Assembly: GCF_006345805.1 (NCBI RefSeq)
Contig: NW_021834970.1
Location: forward strand, 1 to 44,119
Origin: Octopus sinensis
Taxonomy: Eukaryota
DNA: 44,119 bases
Reading direction: 5' to 3'
Shown here: one piece after another, positions 11,900 through 24,580 of the stretch
Layout: every line of letters begins with the position of its first letter
How positions within the stretch are numbered: position 1 is the stretch's first letter
Made by a program: the position numbers and the translations under genes
The notes under the pieces: generated by a model
Told to the model about the DNA's origin: nothing
Database searches by the model: none
What the model saw: the letters and a program-made list of their open reading frames with translations, nothing else

Positions 11900-13610
11900 A
11901 GAAGATAATATTAATCAACGCTACACGTGTTTCTGCCCTGACGGTTTGTTTTACCAGGCTATGCCTACTACATAAATCCACCAGTGAGTCCTCAGGCTAT
12001 TTTTCTTTTTCTCTTTATTATTATTATTAATCCCACAAATTCTAGGTTATCTTTAAAAATAGGAATAAAATGAAAAATATATTTATAACATCCTAATATA
12101 TTTTTACAAAATTTTAAATAAATTTTAATTTACAAAATTATAAAATTAAAAAGACTCTTAAAATTTTCATAAAATGAATCTCCTAAAAATACAATAGCGA
12201 TATATATATATAGAAATTGCTAAACATAAAGAAACCCTCATCGACTATTATATAAACACGTCAAATTAAGTCGCCTACCTATATAAACTTTACGTGAATT
12301 AATAATTTATTGTGAAATTTACCCCTGTCAATAGTAGGAAATATTACCATTATTATGACAAACGTAAATTAATAATATCTAAAAAATAAAAAACCTCTAT
12401 ATATGATATAAATTTATTGAATACAACTAGTAAATAAAACTATTTATCTGTATCTTATACTATTATATTATTCTGTTAAAACTGCATTTAACTATCTTCT
12501 TCATAATTGTTTAAGAGATTACATACTGGTGGGGCTATCTTTTCATATATTTTCATTTTATTATGCGTAAAGCTATTTTCCTGTCGGCATTTTTTTCCCT
12601 TCTCTTTTGTACTGTTCATTAATACTTCTTCCGACTGGAGTATTTCCATAAACTCTGTAGTGCATAACAAGCACATTTTGTTACGTATTCAACATGACTT
12701 TGCTCTACTAATGATATTCCAATTCAGGGTGTATTCTATTTTTTCCAGATTTCAATTCCCATATATATTTACTTAGACCTGTCGAATTACTTAATTTGTT
12801 TTTTTTTAAGGATTGGTAATGCTGGGAAATCCTTCTTTTAATTTCATTCGCTGTGGATCCTATATATTCTTTTTTCTTATTATTATTAGAGGTTACAGTA
12901 CATTTATAAATTACATTATTTAGGCTGCAATTGTTATTAAGCCATTTTTTTTATTTATCTTCACATGTGCATTTATTTAGTATAAGGTTATGCTTTTTGT
13001 TTGTTATATTTCTTCGGTAGCTATTATTGATAATAGATAAATTATTATTATAGAATTTATTTAATTTGACGTTGTTTATATAATATTACTAACGTTTCTT
13101 GTTGTCGAATATCCAACTCTGATAGTTTTTTTTTTTTTTGATAATATTTTCGAATACGCTTTATTCTTTTTAAAGAATATTTTAATTATGTTCAGAATTA
13201 CTTTAAGTTAGTTTTGATTTGGACCCCATAAGAGACAACTAACCTTATTATTTCCTTATGCTTTTTTTATTATTAATATTACTATTATTATAATTCATCT
13301 TATTATTGTTATTTGTCATTGTATTCCTCGAGGGTATATAATAATTATGTTTATTTCCATTCGATTCCTTTTGGTATTATCCTTACTATGATCATTTTTA
13401 TTAATATTATTTTTATTTATACTTATTTTTATATTTATTTATTTCCTTATATTGTTTATTATTATCTTTCCTATTACCTCTATAGTTAGTTTGAGTGTTA
13501 GGATGATTCCTAGTATTATTATTTGGTCCGTAATAATTATAGAATTTAATTTAAGTATTATATCCTGCTTCTTTTAATGCTCTTTTAATACTTCTTTTAA
13601 TTTATATATA
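11900..13610 (-). mobile_element. Heavily degraded Penelope-like element, family C (thumb/linker and GIY-YIG endonuclease)
   Basis: Minus-strand translation across frameshifts gives ALKEAGY, KTIRVGYSTT, CTC..LNNNC, NVIYKCTVT (12914), YIGSTANEIKRRISQH (12866), NSTGLSKYIWELK, EYTLNWNIISRAKS, MCLLCTTE and KCRQENSF. This endonuclease C-terminus differs from families A and B. Boundaries are approximate. Confidence 0.78.
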
Positions 13611-13616
13611 TGCAAA

Positions 13617-14404
13617 CAGTGTGCGGTGAATAAACTGTCGTCTAAATTACGCAAAAATGAAAATATCACTGACATTTCATTTTAACAGATATATTTACCA
13701 AAATTGCATAAAAATATCTTGAAATACTAAAGAGCAAATTTATTCAATAAAACCGCCATTGGCTTCAACCACGGTTCTCCAGTCCAGACGACTTCGGAAT
13801 CTCCTGAAACTCTTCTGGATCATCTCCTTGTTTAAGTTGGTGTATGCTGTCATAATCGTTGCCTTCAGTTCATCTTTGGTGTTACAAGGAATTTTGTTGG
13901 TCTCTTGCTGAACTGCGCCCCACACATAATAATCAGTGGGCTTGCAGTCTGGGTAGTTACGTGGCCACATGTTAAGGGTGACGTGGTCGCAGAAATTGTC
14001 TGGGTTCTCTTGATTGTGTGGCATGGTGCAGATTCTTGCTGCCAGAAATAGAGTCTTCTAACAACCACAACGCTTGACCTGGGGCATCACTAACTCCTCC
14101 AGGCACTTGATGCAGGCCTCCGAGTTGAGTCACTCCAAAGACAATGATGTTCACTGGATTATGATATTTCCCTCTCTGTTCATGCATTGTATTCAGTGAG
14201 AGATGTTTATGTTGGGATTTCCAAGCCGTACAGTATGTCGTTTCAAAATTTCTGGCAGAGTGAATTGCATCATGGTGCTCTTTTTCTCACAGACGGTACC
14301 CCACTGAACCTACTTATATTGTGTAGTCGACGAAATCAAAAACAAAGAATGCGCATGCACGAAATGAAAAAGGAAAATGACGAAAATTTACCCATCGCAG
14401 TCTG
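13617..14404 (-). mobile_element. Internally deleted IS630-Tc1-mariner element, resembling the maT/DD37D group
   Basis: Degenerate TIRs CAGTGTGCGGTGAATAAACTGTCGTC (13617-) and GACGAAAATTTACCCATCGCAGTCTG (-14404, then TA). Transposase remnants: VNIIVFGV, WQQESAPCHT, WPRNYPDCKPTDYYVWG, ..VVEANGGFIE*. The subgroup call is inferred from motifs. Confidence 0.78.
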
Positions 14405-14413
14405 TATGTGTGT

Positions 14414-14460
<47 letters not shown>

Positions 14461-14697
14461 GTGTGTGTGTTGTGTGGTGTGTGGTGTTGTGTATGTGTAT
14501 ATACACATATACGTAGGTATATGTAAACACACATACACATTCATACATATATATATATATATGTATATATATCAAGCTCTCGCTTTCAATCAATCTCTCT
14601 CTATCTCTCACACACACACTCTCTCCCTATAAAAACACACACACACACACACAACACACACACACACACACACACACAGATATATTATATATTATAT

Positions 14698-14749
<52 letters not shown>

Positions 14750-15139
14750 AGATATATATATATATATATAAACCCACATACACAGATATGCATAGGTGAA
14801 TCGATAGACAGATAGATGGAGATATTAAAAAAGACTGAATAACAGAAAAAACTATCACCTCTCTTAAACATTCCCGGTAAGATTTCGGGTAATGATTACG
14901 TCGTAACTGCTTCTACCATTATTACCACAACTCAAAGCTGAGAATTAGAAAACAATGCACGAACCTACTGGCTCACAACCCACATTTGTGTGTGTGTGCG
15001 TGCGTGCATGTGTGCGCCAGTGCGTTGTGTGTAAATATGGATATACGAATGTGCGTAGATACATATGTTTATGAAGCCCATTGAAACACACATTAATCTA
15101 TACGTTGACAGCAATATCCTCCTGTTTATACACACACAT

Positions 15140-15220
<81 letters not shown>

Positions 15221-15256
15221 GTATATATTGTGTATATAATATATATATATATATAG

Positions 15257-15295
<39 letters not shown>

Positions 15296-15498
15296 CCTAC
15301 ATATATATATATATATATATATATAATATACATTCATATATATTTATGTATGTGTACATGTATATAAATGTATGCATACATTTATACATACATACCTATC
15401 TATCAATCCATCTAACTATATCCCGATATGTATAGGCACACACACACACTTATGTATATATATATTATATATATATATATAATATATATATATATAAT

Positions 15499-15543
<45 letters not shown>

Positions 15544-15820
15544 CGTAAGCGGAAGCCCCTGTGTATGTATATGTGTTCACGCACATGCAGAAACAAAGGT
15601 GTCAAATAATGACGGAACATCGTAACCTCCAGCTTCGTTGCATTTATTCGAAATTAAAATCGTAAAAGAGGTGAATGGAAGATTTTATATTTTTCTTATT
15701 TTTACCGTTTCTAGAGAACTCTATTGCACAGATACATCATTGCTTCCTATTTATGAAATCGATATTGCTTAAAGTCTTAACTGATTTTCTATCTAGGCCT
15801 GCTAATACGATCGTCTATAT

Positions 15821-15897
<77 letters not shown>

Positions 15898-16658
15898 CAA
15901 TATACATGTATCATGCATGCATACAAGAATAACCATGCTCATATATAGTAATAAAAAACAAAATAGTATTCTTATGGAAGTAGAAGTGAGGAGGGGCGTT
16001 CTTAAATATTTCATGTAAGGCTTACACATGTGTTTCATTCTCTCTCTCATCTGCTGTGTATGTGTTTCTGTGTGATGGGTGTGTAAGTGCATGTGTATAT
16101 ATATATCTATCTCACTCTCTCTCTCTATGTTCATGTATCCATCCTTCTATTTATCTTTCTATCTATCTATATCTATATGTCTATCCATCTATCTATTTAT
16201 CAAACTATCTGTCTGTCTGTCTATCTATCTATTTAATTAATTATCCCTCAATACATTTATCTACCGCTCTGCCTCTCCTCACCCCATATATACATATATA
16301 TAGATGTGTATAGTACATGTAGAGGTAGGTACGTACATATATGTTTATATATATGCATATGTTCTATTTTATTAACATATATATATATATGTACAGAGAG
16401 AGAGAGAGAAAGTGAGGGAGAGAGAGAAAGAAATAGCTAGATAGATGATAGTTAGATAGATATAGATATAGAAATATATACATGTATATATTTTCATATA
16501 TATAAACAAATATGCATTGATACACACACACACACATATATTATATATATACGTGCATAGATATACAAGTGTATTTAATTATATATGTGTAATATATGAA
16601 TGTATTGTATAAATATATAGATATATTCGTAGAATGTGTTATAACAGATATATATATG

Positions 16659-16738
<80 letters not shown>

Positions 16739-17700
16739 CTATATTTGTATATGATACATACATACATACATATACATATATATGTAGTATGTACGTATTT
16801 GTGTCTAATTATGTATGCCGATACTTAAACATACTTGCACTGTGAACTATTAATTAGTAGAATGTATAAAACATGAAAGAGCTTCATAAGTAATATGCTC
16901 TCGTGATTTTGATAAACATATAATTCGCCAGACACACAATACCCCCGCTAACACACACACACACACACAGACACACACGCAAATATACAAAAAGAAAAAC
17001 ATAAACACGTACACACACGCATTCATTGGAAGAAGCACATGTAGAATTTTGCGCATAATCATCGCCATCATCGTCCTCTCTGTCATCGTCTTCGTCCCTC
17101 TCCCCCTCATCCTCTTCCTCATCATAATTATCGTCACAACAGCCATCATCATTATAGTCGTGGTGTACCTTTGCCTTCGCCAATTCATGTACCACGGCTG
17201 AGGTTCGATACGCTGTGGCAGAAAGCCATGGATACTAAATAATTTGCTATTTCCGATTTGTTTGTCGACCATTGTGATCCGATCTATAGCTGCAGGAAGG
17301 TGGACAGAGCGCCAGGAATTCCATTCGTTTCATCAGCACAATAATCAAATGCGCATCTCCTTTGTTTCAATACTTGCTGTGCGTGTCTGTGGCTTTGAAC
17401 TGGTTGATCCCAATCCTGAATTTCCTGAAATGGCCTCGAATAATTATAATCCGTTCCTCAGCATGAAAAAACAACAACACTTGGCTGGAAACCAGTATCG
17501 CGCTGATGATGACGTCATACTAGTAGAGGGAGACATTTTTATCATTAAAAGCATGAAATATTCTTCATCAATGGGATACAAGCGCTGCAACACCGATGGA
17601 AGAAGTGTATATGGTGGAAGAGAGAATAGGTCGAAAAGTAAACCTCATTTAGTCACATTCCAGCAGAGTCTGTCAACGTGTGAAGCTTTCAACCGATCCT

Positions 17701-17701
17701 C

Positions 17702-17732
<31 letters not shown>

Positions 17733-17785
17733 TGTATGCATGTATGCACGTATGAATGCATGTATGAATGTATGTATGTATGAAT
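17701..17785. repeat. (TATG)n tetranucleotide repeat
   Basis: Directly visible. Confidence 0.9.
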
Positions 17786-17797
17786 GTGTGCTGTGTT

Positions 17798-17831
<34 letters not shown>

Positions 17832-17960
17832 TTATGCTTATATGTGTATGTAAGTGATGCGTATGTACGTGTGCATATCTATATTTATATCTATATCTAT
17901 CTATCTATCTCTCTATCTATCTATAATCTATCTATATATATATATATATCTATCTATATA

Positions 17961-18007
<47 letters not shown>

Positions 18008-18009
<2 letters not shown>

Positions 18010-18413
18010 AGTGGCTGTGTGGTAAGTAGCTTGCTAACCAACCACATGGTTCCGGGTTCAGTCCCACTGCGTGGCATCTTGGGCAAGTGTCTTCTGCTAT
18101 AGCTCCGGGTCGACCAATGCGTTGTGAGTGGATTTGGTAGACGGAAACTGAAAGAAGCCTGTCGTATATATGTATATATATATTTATGTGTGTTTGTTTG
18201 TGTGTCTGTGTTTGTCCCCCTAGCATTGCTTGACAACCGATGCTGGTGTGTTTATGTCCCCTTTACTTAGCGGTTCGGCAAAAGAGACCGATAGAATAAG
18301 TACTGGGCTTACAAAAAGAATAAGTCCCGGTGTGGAGTTGCTCGATTAAAGGCGGTGCTCCAGCATGGCCGCAGTCAAATGACTGAAACAAGTAAAAGAG
18401 TAAAGGAGTAAAG
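18008..18413 (+). mobile_element. Full-length tRNA-related SINE (octopus-type family, inferred)
   Basis: Head GGAGTGGCTGTGTGGTAAG..GGTTCAGTCC (A/B-box-like), internal TA/GT microsatellite, tail ..CATGGCCGCAGTCAAATGACTGAAACAAGTAAAAGAGTAAAG. Flanked by (TA)n. A second copy lies at 30090. Confidence 0.88.
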
Positions 18414-18444
18414 ATTATATATATATATATATATATATATGTAT

Positions 18445-18477
<33 letters not shown>

Positions 18478-18478
<1 letters not shown>

Positions 18479-18760
18479 GAAGGTTTCAGTTCAACCAATC
18501 AACGGAACAACTCGTTAAATTTACGTGCATTGGTGAAGCAGTCCTCAACACGCGCACCCCTAACTGTTCTCAGAGGGATTCAGCGTGACACAGAATATGA
18601 ACGGGCCCCTATTGAATTACGTGTACAACTAATCTTCGCCAGCTGAGTGGACTGGAGCAACGCAACATACAGTGTCACAAAACGCCGCCGTGAATAGAAC
18701 ACACGTTCGAACGAGCGTGACCCGTTTACACTAAACACTAAGCCACGGGTCTTAAACGAA
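18478..18760 (-). mobile_element. Degenerate tRNA-derived SINE of a second subfamily
   Basis: Minus strand starts CGTGGCTTAGTGTTTAG and contains GTTGCTCCAGTCCACTCAGCTG, shared with the SINE at 6186. Confidence 0.65.
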
Positions 18761-18843
18761 ACAGAAAGCCACTCAGCAAACTTAACAGGGTTATATATGT
18801 TATTTTAAAGCCTTTGCTTCGGCTCCCTGCGACTTTGTGTTGC

Positions 18844-19065
18844 AGCTTCTAATAGAAACCTAGCTGCTTCTATTAGAAACCTAGCTTCTAATAGAAACCT
18901 AGCTGCTTTCTATTAGAAACCTAGCTTCTAATAGAAACCTAGCTGCTTTCTATTAGAAACCTAGCTTCTAATAGAAACCTAGCTGCTTTCTATTAGAAAC
19001 CTAGCTTCTAATAGAAACCTAGCTGCTTTCTATTAGAAACCTAGCTTCTAATAGAAACCTAGCTT
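18844..19065. repeat. 40-bp minisatellite, about 5.5 copies, built from inverted half-units
   Basis: Unit AGCTTCTAATAGAAACCTAGCTGCTTTCTATTAGAAACCT. The first unit is 39 bp and the rest are identical. Confidence 0.95.
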
Positions 19066-19479
19066 ATCGAATTCGGGAAGCTAAGCGTGAATGGACTCGG
19101 CTTTTGTTACAAACTTGAGAAAAGGTAAATCACATGACACAGCAAAGATACCCTACTCCAGGTTTCTTGGAACTGATATTATCAAGTTCATTCCAAGTAT
19201 TCCAATTTCTTAACATCAGACACACAGACACTCACAGTCAATGACACAGATATACATATACATACACACATATGCATATATACATACACAGACACAGACA
19301 CACTCACACACACACACACACATACTCACACACACATATATATATATATATATCGTTTTGGGATTTGGTTCGCCCCAAATTTTTGTGCCTTATAATTTAA
19401 CACACTCACCGGTAAAATTTCCACGTATTTCTTATTTTTATTTTCCTTAAATTTGCGTTGCGTCTTGCTACAGGTTGAG

Positions 19480-20035
19480 TAGTGGGTAGTATGGATGTGA
19501 TTTCTTTCTACCCATCCATAGACATAGATTTTGCTGTGCAGAAATGTATTCAGGTAATCTGTGAAAGTGGGGTGGAGTTCCGTAAGGTCAACACGAGGGA
19601 ACTGAGCTTCCTCCTCAGGCTAAGCTATGACAGTAGCTATTTTGATGACCATGACCTCAGTAGATTCTGCCCCACCAGGTCCAGAGAGGAAGACCAACCA
19701 CCATCACTTCAGCATTGAAGAAAAGCACCACAGAGCGCTGGAGTGGTCAGAATGCACCTACCCAAAATCCTTAGAACAACAACCAGGTGAAAGAAATGAT
19801 TGCACATGTAATAGGGGCCAGCGTAAAAACCACCTTAAAGACCCTCTAGTAAAGTTTAACAAAAAAAACTATACATGCAGTTTCAAGGTGCAGCCATCGG
19901 TGTCGGTATAGCCAGAGATGTGGCTGGCCTCTTCATGACCTGGTGGGACAGAAGACTTAAACAAATCTTAGCAGAACAGTCCACAAGTCTTCTACTCTAC
20001 ACTAGATATGTAGATGACATTAATATAATAGTTAT
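19480..20035 (+). pseudogene. Reverse transcriptase core fragment of a divergent Penelope-like element (family D)
   Basis: GSMDVISFYPSID (motif A) and, after frameshifts, QFQGAAIGVGIARDVAGLFMTWWDR..LYTRYVDDINII (motifs B and C). Confidence 0.82.
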
Positions 20036-20219
20036 AACCAACTCTAGTGACGGTAATGTAGAGACTGAGACATGCACACACAGGGAGACAGAGGTGTATA
20101 CATATGTGTTAAATTATAAGGCACAAATAAAAATGACTCCCCCCAAACACAACAGAATATGCTTCGACACACGAAGTATTAGGAGTTCCATAAAAACCAT
20201 GCTTGTTCGGTAGTATATA

Positions 20220-21430
20220 CGAGGGGCGTTCAATAAGTAATGTCTCCGACCCACTTGCAGTTGTTTGATCTAACTGAAATTTTGCATGTGCACTTATTTG
20301 TACCTCTATAGATTAAGTGGCGAATTACAGCTCTGAACTAATTGTGGTTTCTGATTTACAGGTGTTTGAACTGAGTCAAGTGTGAAATGGAGCCTGTTGA
20401 GTGTCGAGCAGTGATCTGGTTTTTGTATTTGAAAGGACGCACACCACGGGAGACCTTTGATGAAATGAAAGTAACTTATGGAGATGATGCCCCATCATAT
20501 GACCTTGTCTGGTCGCCCCCTTCTGCCGTTGATTAGACGTCTGTCCGTCAAGTTGAGGCTGCCATTTTGGAAGGTCAACGCATAACTATTCACCAAATAG
20601 CCCATGAGGTCAAGATTAGTACCGGGTCTGTGGAAACTATCATTCATGACCATTTGCATATGCAAAAGGTGTCTGCCAGATGGATTTCCAGGTTGCTCAC
20701 ACCTTTCCAGAAGCAAGAACGCGTTGAGTGCTCGAGGATGAATTTGGAGATGTGCCAAGAAGATGAGTCAAAATTTTTCAAAAGACTAATCACACAGGAT
20801 AAAACCTGGGTCCATCACTATGATCCATAGACCAAAGCCCAGTCAATGCAGTGAAAGCATCGTGACTCACCTCCTCCAAAGAAGGCAAGGGTGCAGCCCT
20901 CCGCTGACAAGGTTATGCTCACAGTCTTCTGGGACCAGGACGGTGTAGTGATGACAGATTTCCTGACAAAGGGTACCACAATAACAGGAGCCTATTATGC
21001 TTCACTTTTGAGGAAATTAAGAGAAGCTATCAAAATCAAGAGGCGGGGCAAGATCAGCAAATGCATCCTCCTCCTGCAGGACAACGCTCCGGTCCACAAC
21101 TCGCGTGTCGCCAGATCAGAAGCACAGGCGTGCAGCTATGAACTCCTCCCCTTGCACCCTCTGATTTTCACCTCTTCCCAGCCATGAAGTTGATTTTGAA
21201 AGGAAAGCGTTTCCCAGATGATGCAGCCTTGATTTCTGAAGTCACGTCGTGGTTGGAGGACCAAGCTGGGGTCTTCTACAAAAACGGTCTCCAGAGCTGT
21301 ATCAAACGATGGGAGAAATGCATAACTCTGGGTAGTTCCTATGTAGGAAAAGACTAATAACTGTGCCAAGTGTCGTTGCTCTACTGCTATGGGAAGTGGG
21401 TCAGGGGCCTTACTTATTGAACGCCCCTCG
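20220..21430 (+). mobile_element. Near full-length defective mariner element
   Basis: Perfect 21-bp TIRs CGAGGGGCGTTCAATAAGTAA (20220-20240) and TTACTTATTGAACGCCCCTCG (21410-21430), extending imperfectly to ~37 bp. TA precedes the left end. Confidence 0.95.
20387..21357 (+). pseudogene. Mariner transposase pseudogene
   Basis: MEPVECRAVI.., KVSARWISRLLT, ITQDKTWVHHYDP, KVMLTVFWD, LLQDNAPVH and LAPSDFHLFP are present. There is a deletion after YDLV, the HPPYSPD segment is lost, and there are stops and frameshifts. Confidence 0.92.
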
Positions 21431-21829
21431 TTATAACACAGAAGGAGATATATTTAAGCGTTTACAAAGAATTTGAGAGGAACCAACCAGTTTTCCTAGC
21501 ATTTTATACAATTTCTTCTGTGTATATATTGGTATACTACCAAACAAGTATGATTTTTATTCAACTCCTAATACTTTTTGTCCAATATTTTCTTGAATAC
21601 TTTCCTGTAAGCTGTTTTTAACATGTTCTTATTATTATCAAAGTATGTATATCTGTATTTTAATACTTTTGTGACAACCAGTACTTAACACAACAAAGCT
21701 TATACAAAGCTTTACTTTTTACTATTAACAATCTTTTTCTAAAAAAAGTGAAACCGGTCAAGTGAATAAAAGTATTTAAAATTGCATTTTCAAACTATAT
21801 ATATATAGTATTTGAAAGCCAGTGATTTT

Positions 21830-21874
21830 CTCACAATGAGGATGGGTAACTAAACAGAAACCTAGGTCTGTAAG
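21830..21874 (+). ncRNA. Degenerate minimal hammerhead motif (C3 changed to A)
   Basis: CTCACA-ATGAGGA-TGggtaactaaaCA-GAAA-CCTAGG-TC-TGTAAG. Stem I pairs at 5/6 positions and stem III is palindromic (ACCTAGGT). Confidence 0.5.
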
Positions 21875-22038
21875 TATACTATACAGGCACAACCTGTGTG
21901 CCGTTAGCCAACTGGAAAAGGTGGTTTCCTGTGTCTAAATAACATCGTCCTTATATAGGACTGCCACATTATGTTGGCAAGTTGTTTTTCTCTTTATATA
22001 TGCATATGTATCTATGTATATGTGTGTGCGTTTATAGT

Positions 22039-22081
<43 letters not shown>

Positions 22082-22360
22082 AGAAAGAAACATGGATTTA
22101 AATAGATAGATACCTGGATAGATAGATATACTAACGGTAAAGACATATATTCTCTAATTAGCCAAGCACTAAACCAAAGTTACTTCATATATCATTGCAC
22201 AATCTCTCTCGTCATTGAATTATTTCATTCATGTTTTATACAAATATTTGTTTTATTTTATTGACGTAATTATAATTCGATTGGTGTTTATAATGATGAT
22301 GATGATGGTTTTTTGCGGAGGACGGTGATGGTAGTTATATAATCCTAGTCAACGTTGCCG

Positions 22361-22516
22361 TCATCGTCAACATCATCATTATCATCATCATCGTCATCAT
22401 CATCATATTGATCATCATCATTACACCGTCGTCATCTTCATCATCGTTACCACTTTTATCTTCATCATCATCACCTTCATCATCATCGTGATCATCATCA
22501 TCATCATCATCCACAT

Positions 22517-22559
<43 letters not shown>

Positions 22560-22579
22560 GTCATCATCTTATCGTCATC
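22361..22579. repeat. (CAT)n trinucleotide repeat followed by a TTC/TTG-rich low-complexity tract
   Basis: Directly visible. Confidence 0.9.
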
Positions 22580-23393
22580 TTTTTTCCTTCTACGATTTGT
22601 TTTCACACTCCCTCATCCTTTTCTTTTTTCTGTTTTTTTTCGCCTTTCTACTTCTTCCTCTTCCTTTTATTTTTCTTCTTTTTCTTCTTCTTAACATTAT
22701 TATTATTATTATAAATAGTAGTAGTAGTAGTACCAGTTATAACGGTACCTTTTTTCTTCTCGTTCTGTTCTTGCTGTTGTTCTTTTTCTTCTTCTCCTTC
22801 TCCTACATTTTCCTGTTTTGTTGTTGTTGTTGTTGTTACTGCAGCTGCTGATATTGTTGTTGTTGTTCAACGTCATTGCTTCATTTCCTTTGCTCCAAAC
22901 CGTATACCTTCACCCACTTTATAACTTCCCCTTCTGAATCCTCCTCCACTTCCTCATTCTCATCTAACTTTTTCGTACATGGAGATCTCATTTTTCCACA
23001 AGTATTTTTAGTTTAACATATATTGTTCCTCTTCTTCTCCTTTTTTATATCCCTTTCATTCTGTAGTTGCTGATCATGTACACTTCTTTTCCTTACTTAT
23101 TATTGTTTGTCTCCTTGATCTTCTTAATTACCTGCTAATTAATTATATTTTAGCGTGTAGACATTTGATCGATGTATCTTCTTGCCAGTGACAATTCTGT
23201 CCTATCTTACATCACAGACAGCATATTTGGCAGTGAATTCTATATTTAAGACTTGTAGTCTTCTGATTTGGAGACTTTATTCTGCTATATATATCGCCAG
23301 AACCCAATGTACAAACACTTCCTGGTGACGTCATAGAAACTATGCATATACCGTAGCAATCTGAAGTGCTTTCTCGCTCTGTCTCTCTGTCTC

Positions 23394-23397
<4 letters not shown>

Positions 23398-23443
<46 letters not shown>

Positions 23444-23446
23444 ATA

Positions 23447-23499
<53 letters not shown>

Positions 23500-23521
23500 T
23501 ATATTATATATATATATAATA

Positions 23522-23610
<89 letters not shown>
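23398..23610. repeat. Long (TA)n microsatellite, representative of dozens of (TA)n/(CA)n tracts in the window
   Basis: Directly visible. Confidence 0.95.
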
Positions 23611-23612
<2 letters not shown>

Positions 23613-24009
23613 TAGATAGATAGATAGATAGATAGAGAGTGGAAATGCATTAAAGCCACGTGGTTCATTATCCAATATGAAGCTTATATGAAGATATTCA
23701 TACTTTAATAAAGTAATCAAAATGAGCGAAGTTAACTTGTCAAAAATTTTTACTTTGGTCATAATATGCCTCCTTACTTGCTTCAGCGGATATGACTTTT
23801 ATTCTTTTACTAGCTTACGAGTAACAACCATTCCACAGCAGTCAGCCATGGTAGGACTCTGTCTTCAAAGGTTTAATCAATAATATGGGACTCCATATTT
23901 AGTTTCTTAAACGTGGTAATTAATTGTTCGATCGATAGTTGTCGAGCAACGAGATTACAAATAGATAGCAAAGAATAACATTGACATATCCTATACACGT
24001 ATACGTTTC

Positions 24010-24580
<571 letters not shown>

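Noticed and set aside
11915-12000. Minus-strand GAAACACGTGTA with palindromic stem III and an upstream CTGAGGA at the family-C 3' end
   Set aside because: The CTGAGGA is too far upstream and does not open a stem pairing with the bases before GAAA. No complete fold can be drawn, though it may be a decayed ribozyme.
17244-17783. 179-aa plus-strand ORF as a protein-coding gene
   Set aside because: It has a non-ATG start, no recognisable domain, and its last part is (TATG)n. It is kept only as a low-interest finding.
18844-19065. Possible CRISPR array
   Set aside because: The units are contiguous with no unique spacers, the context is eukaryotic, and there are no cas genes.
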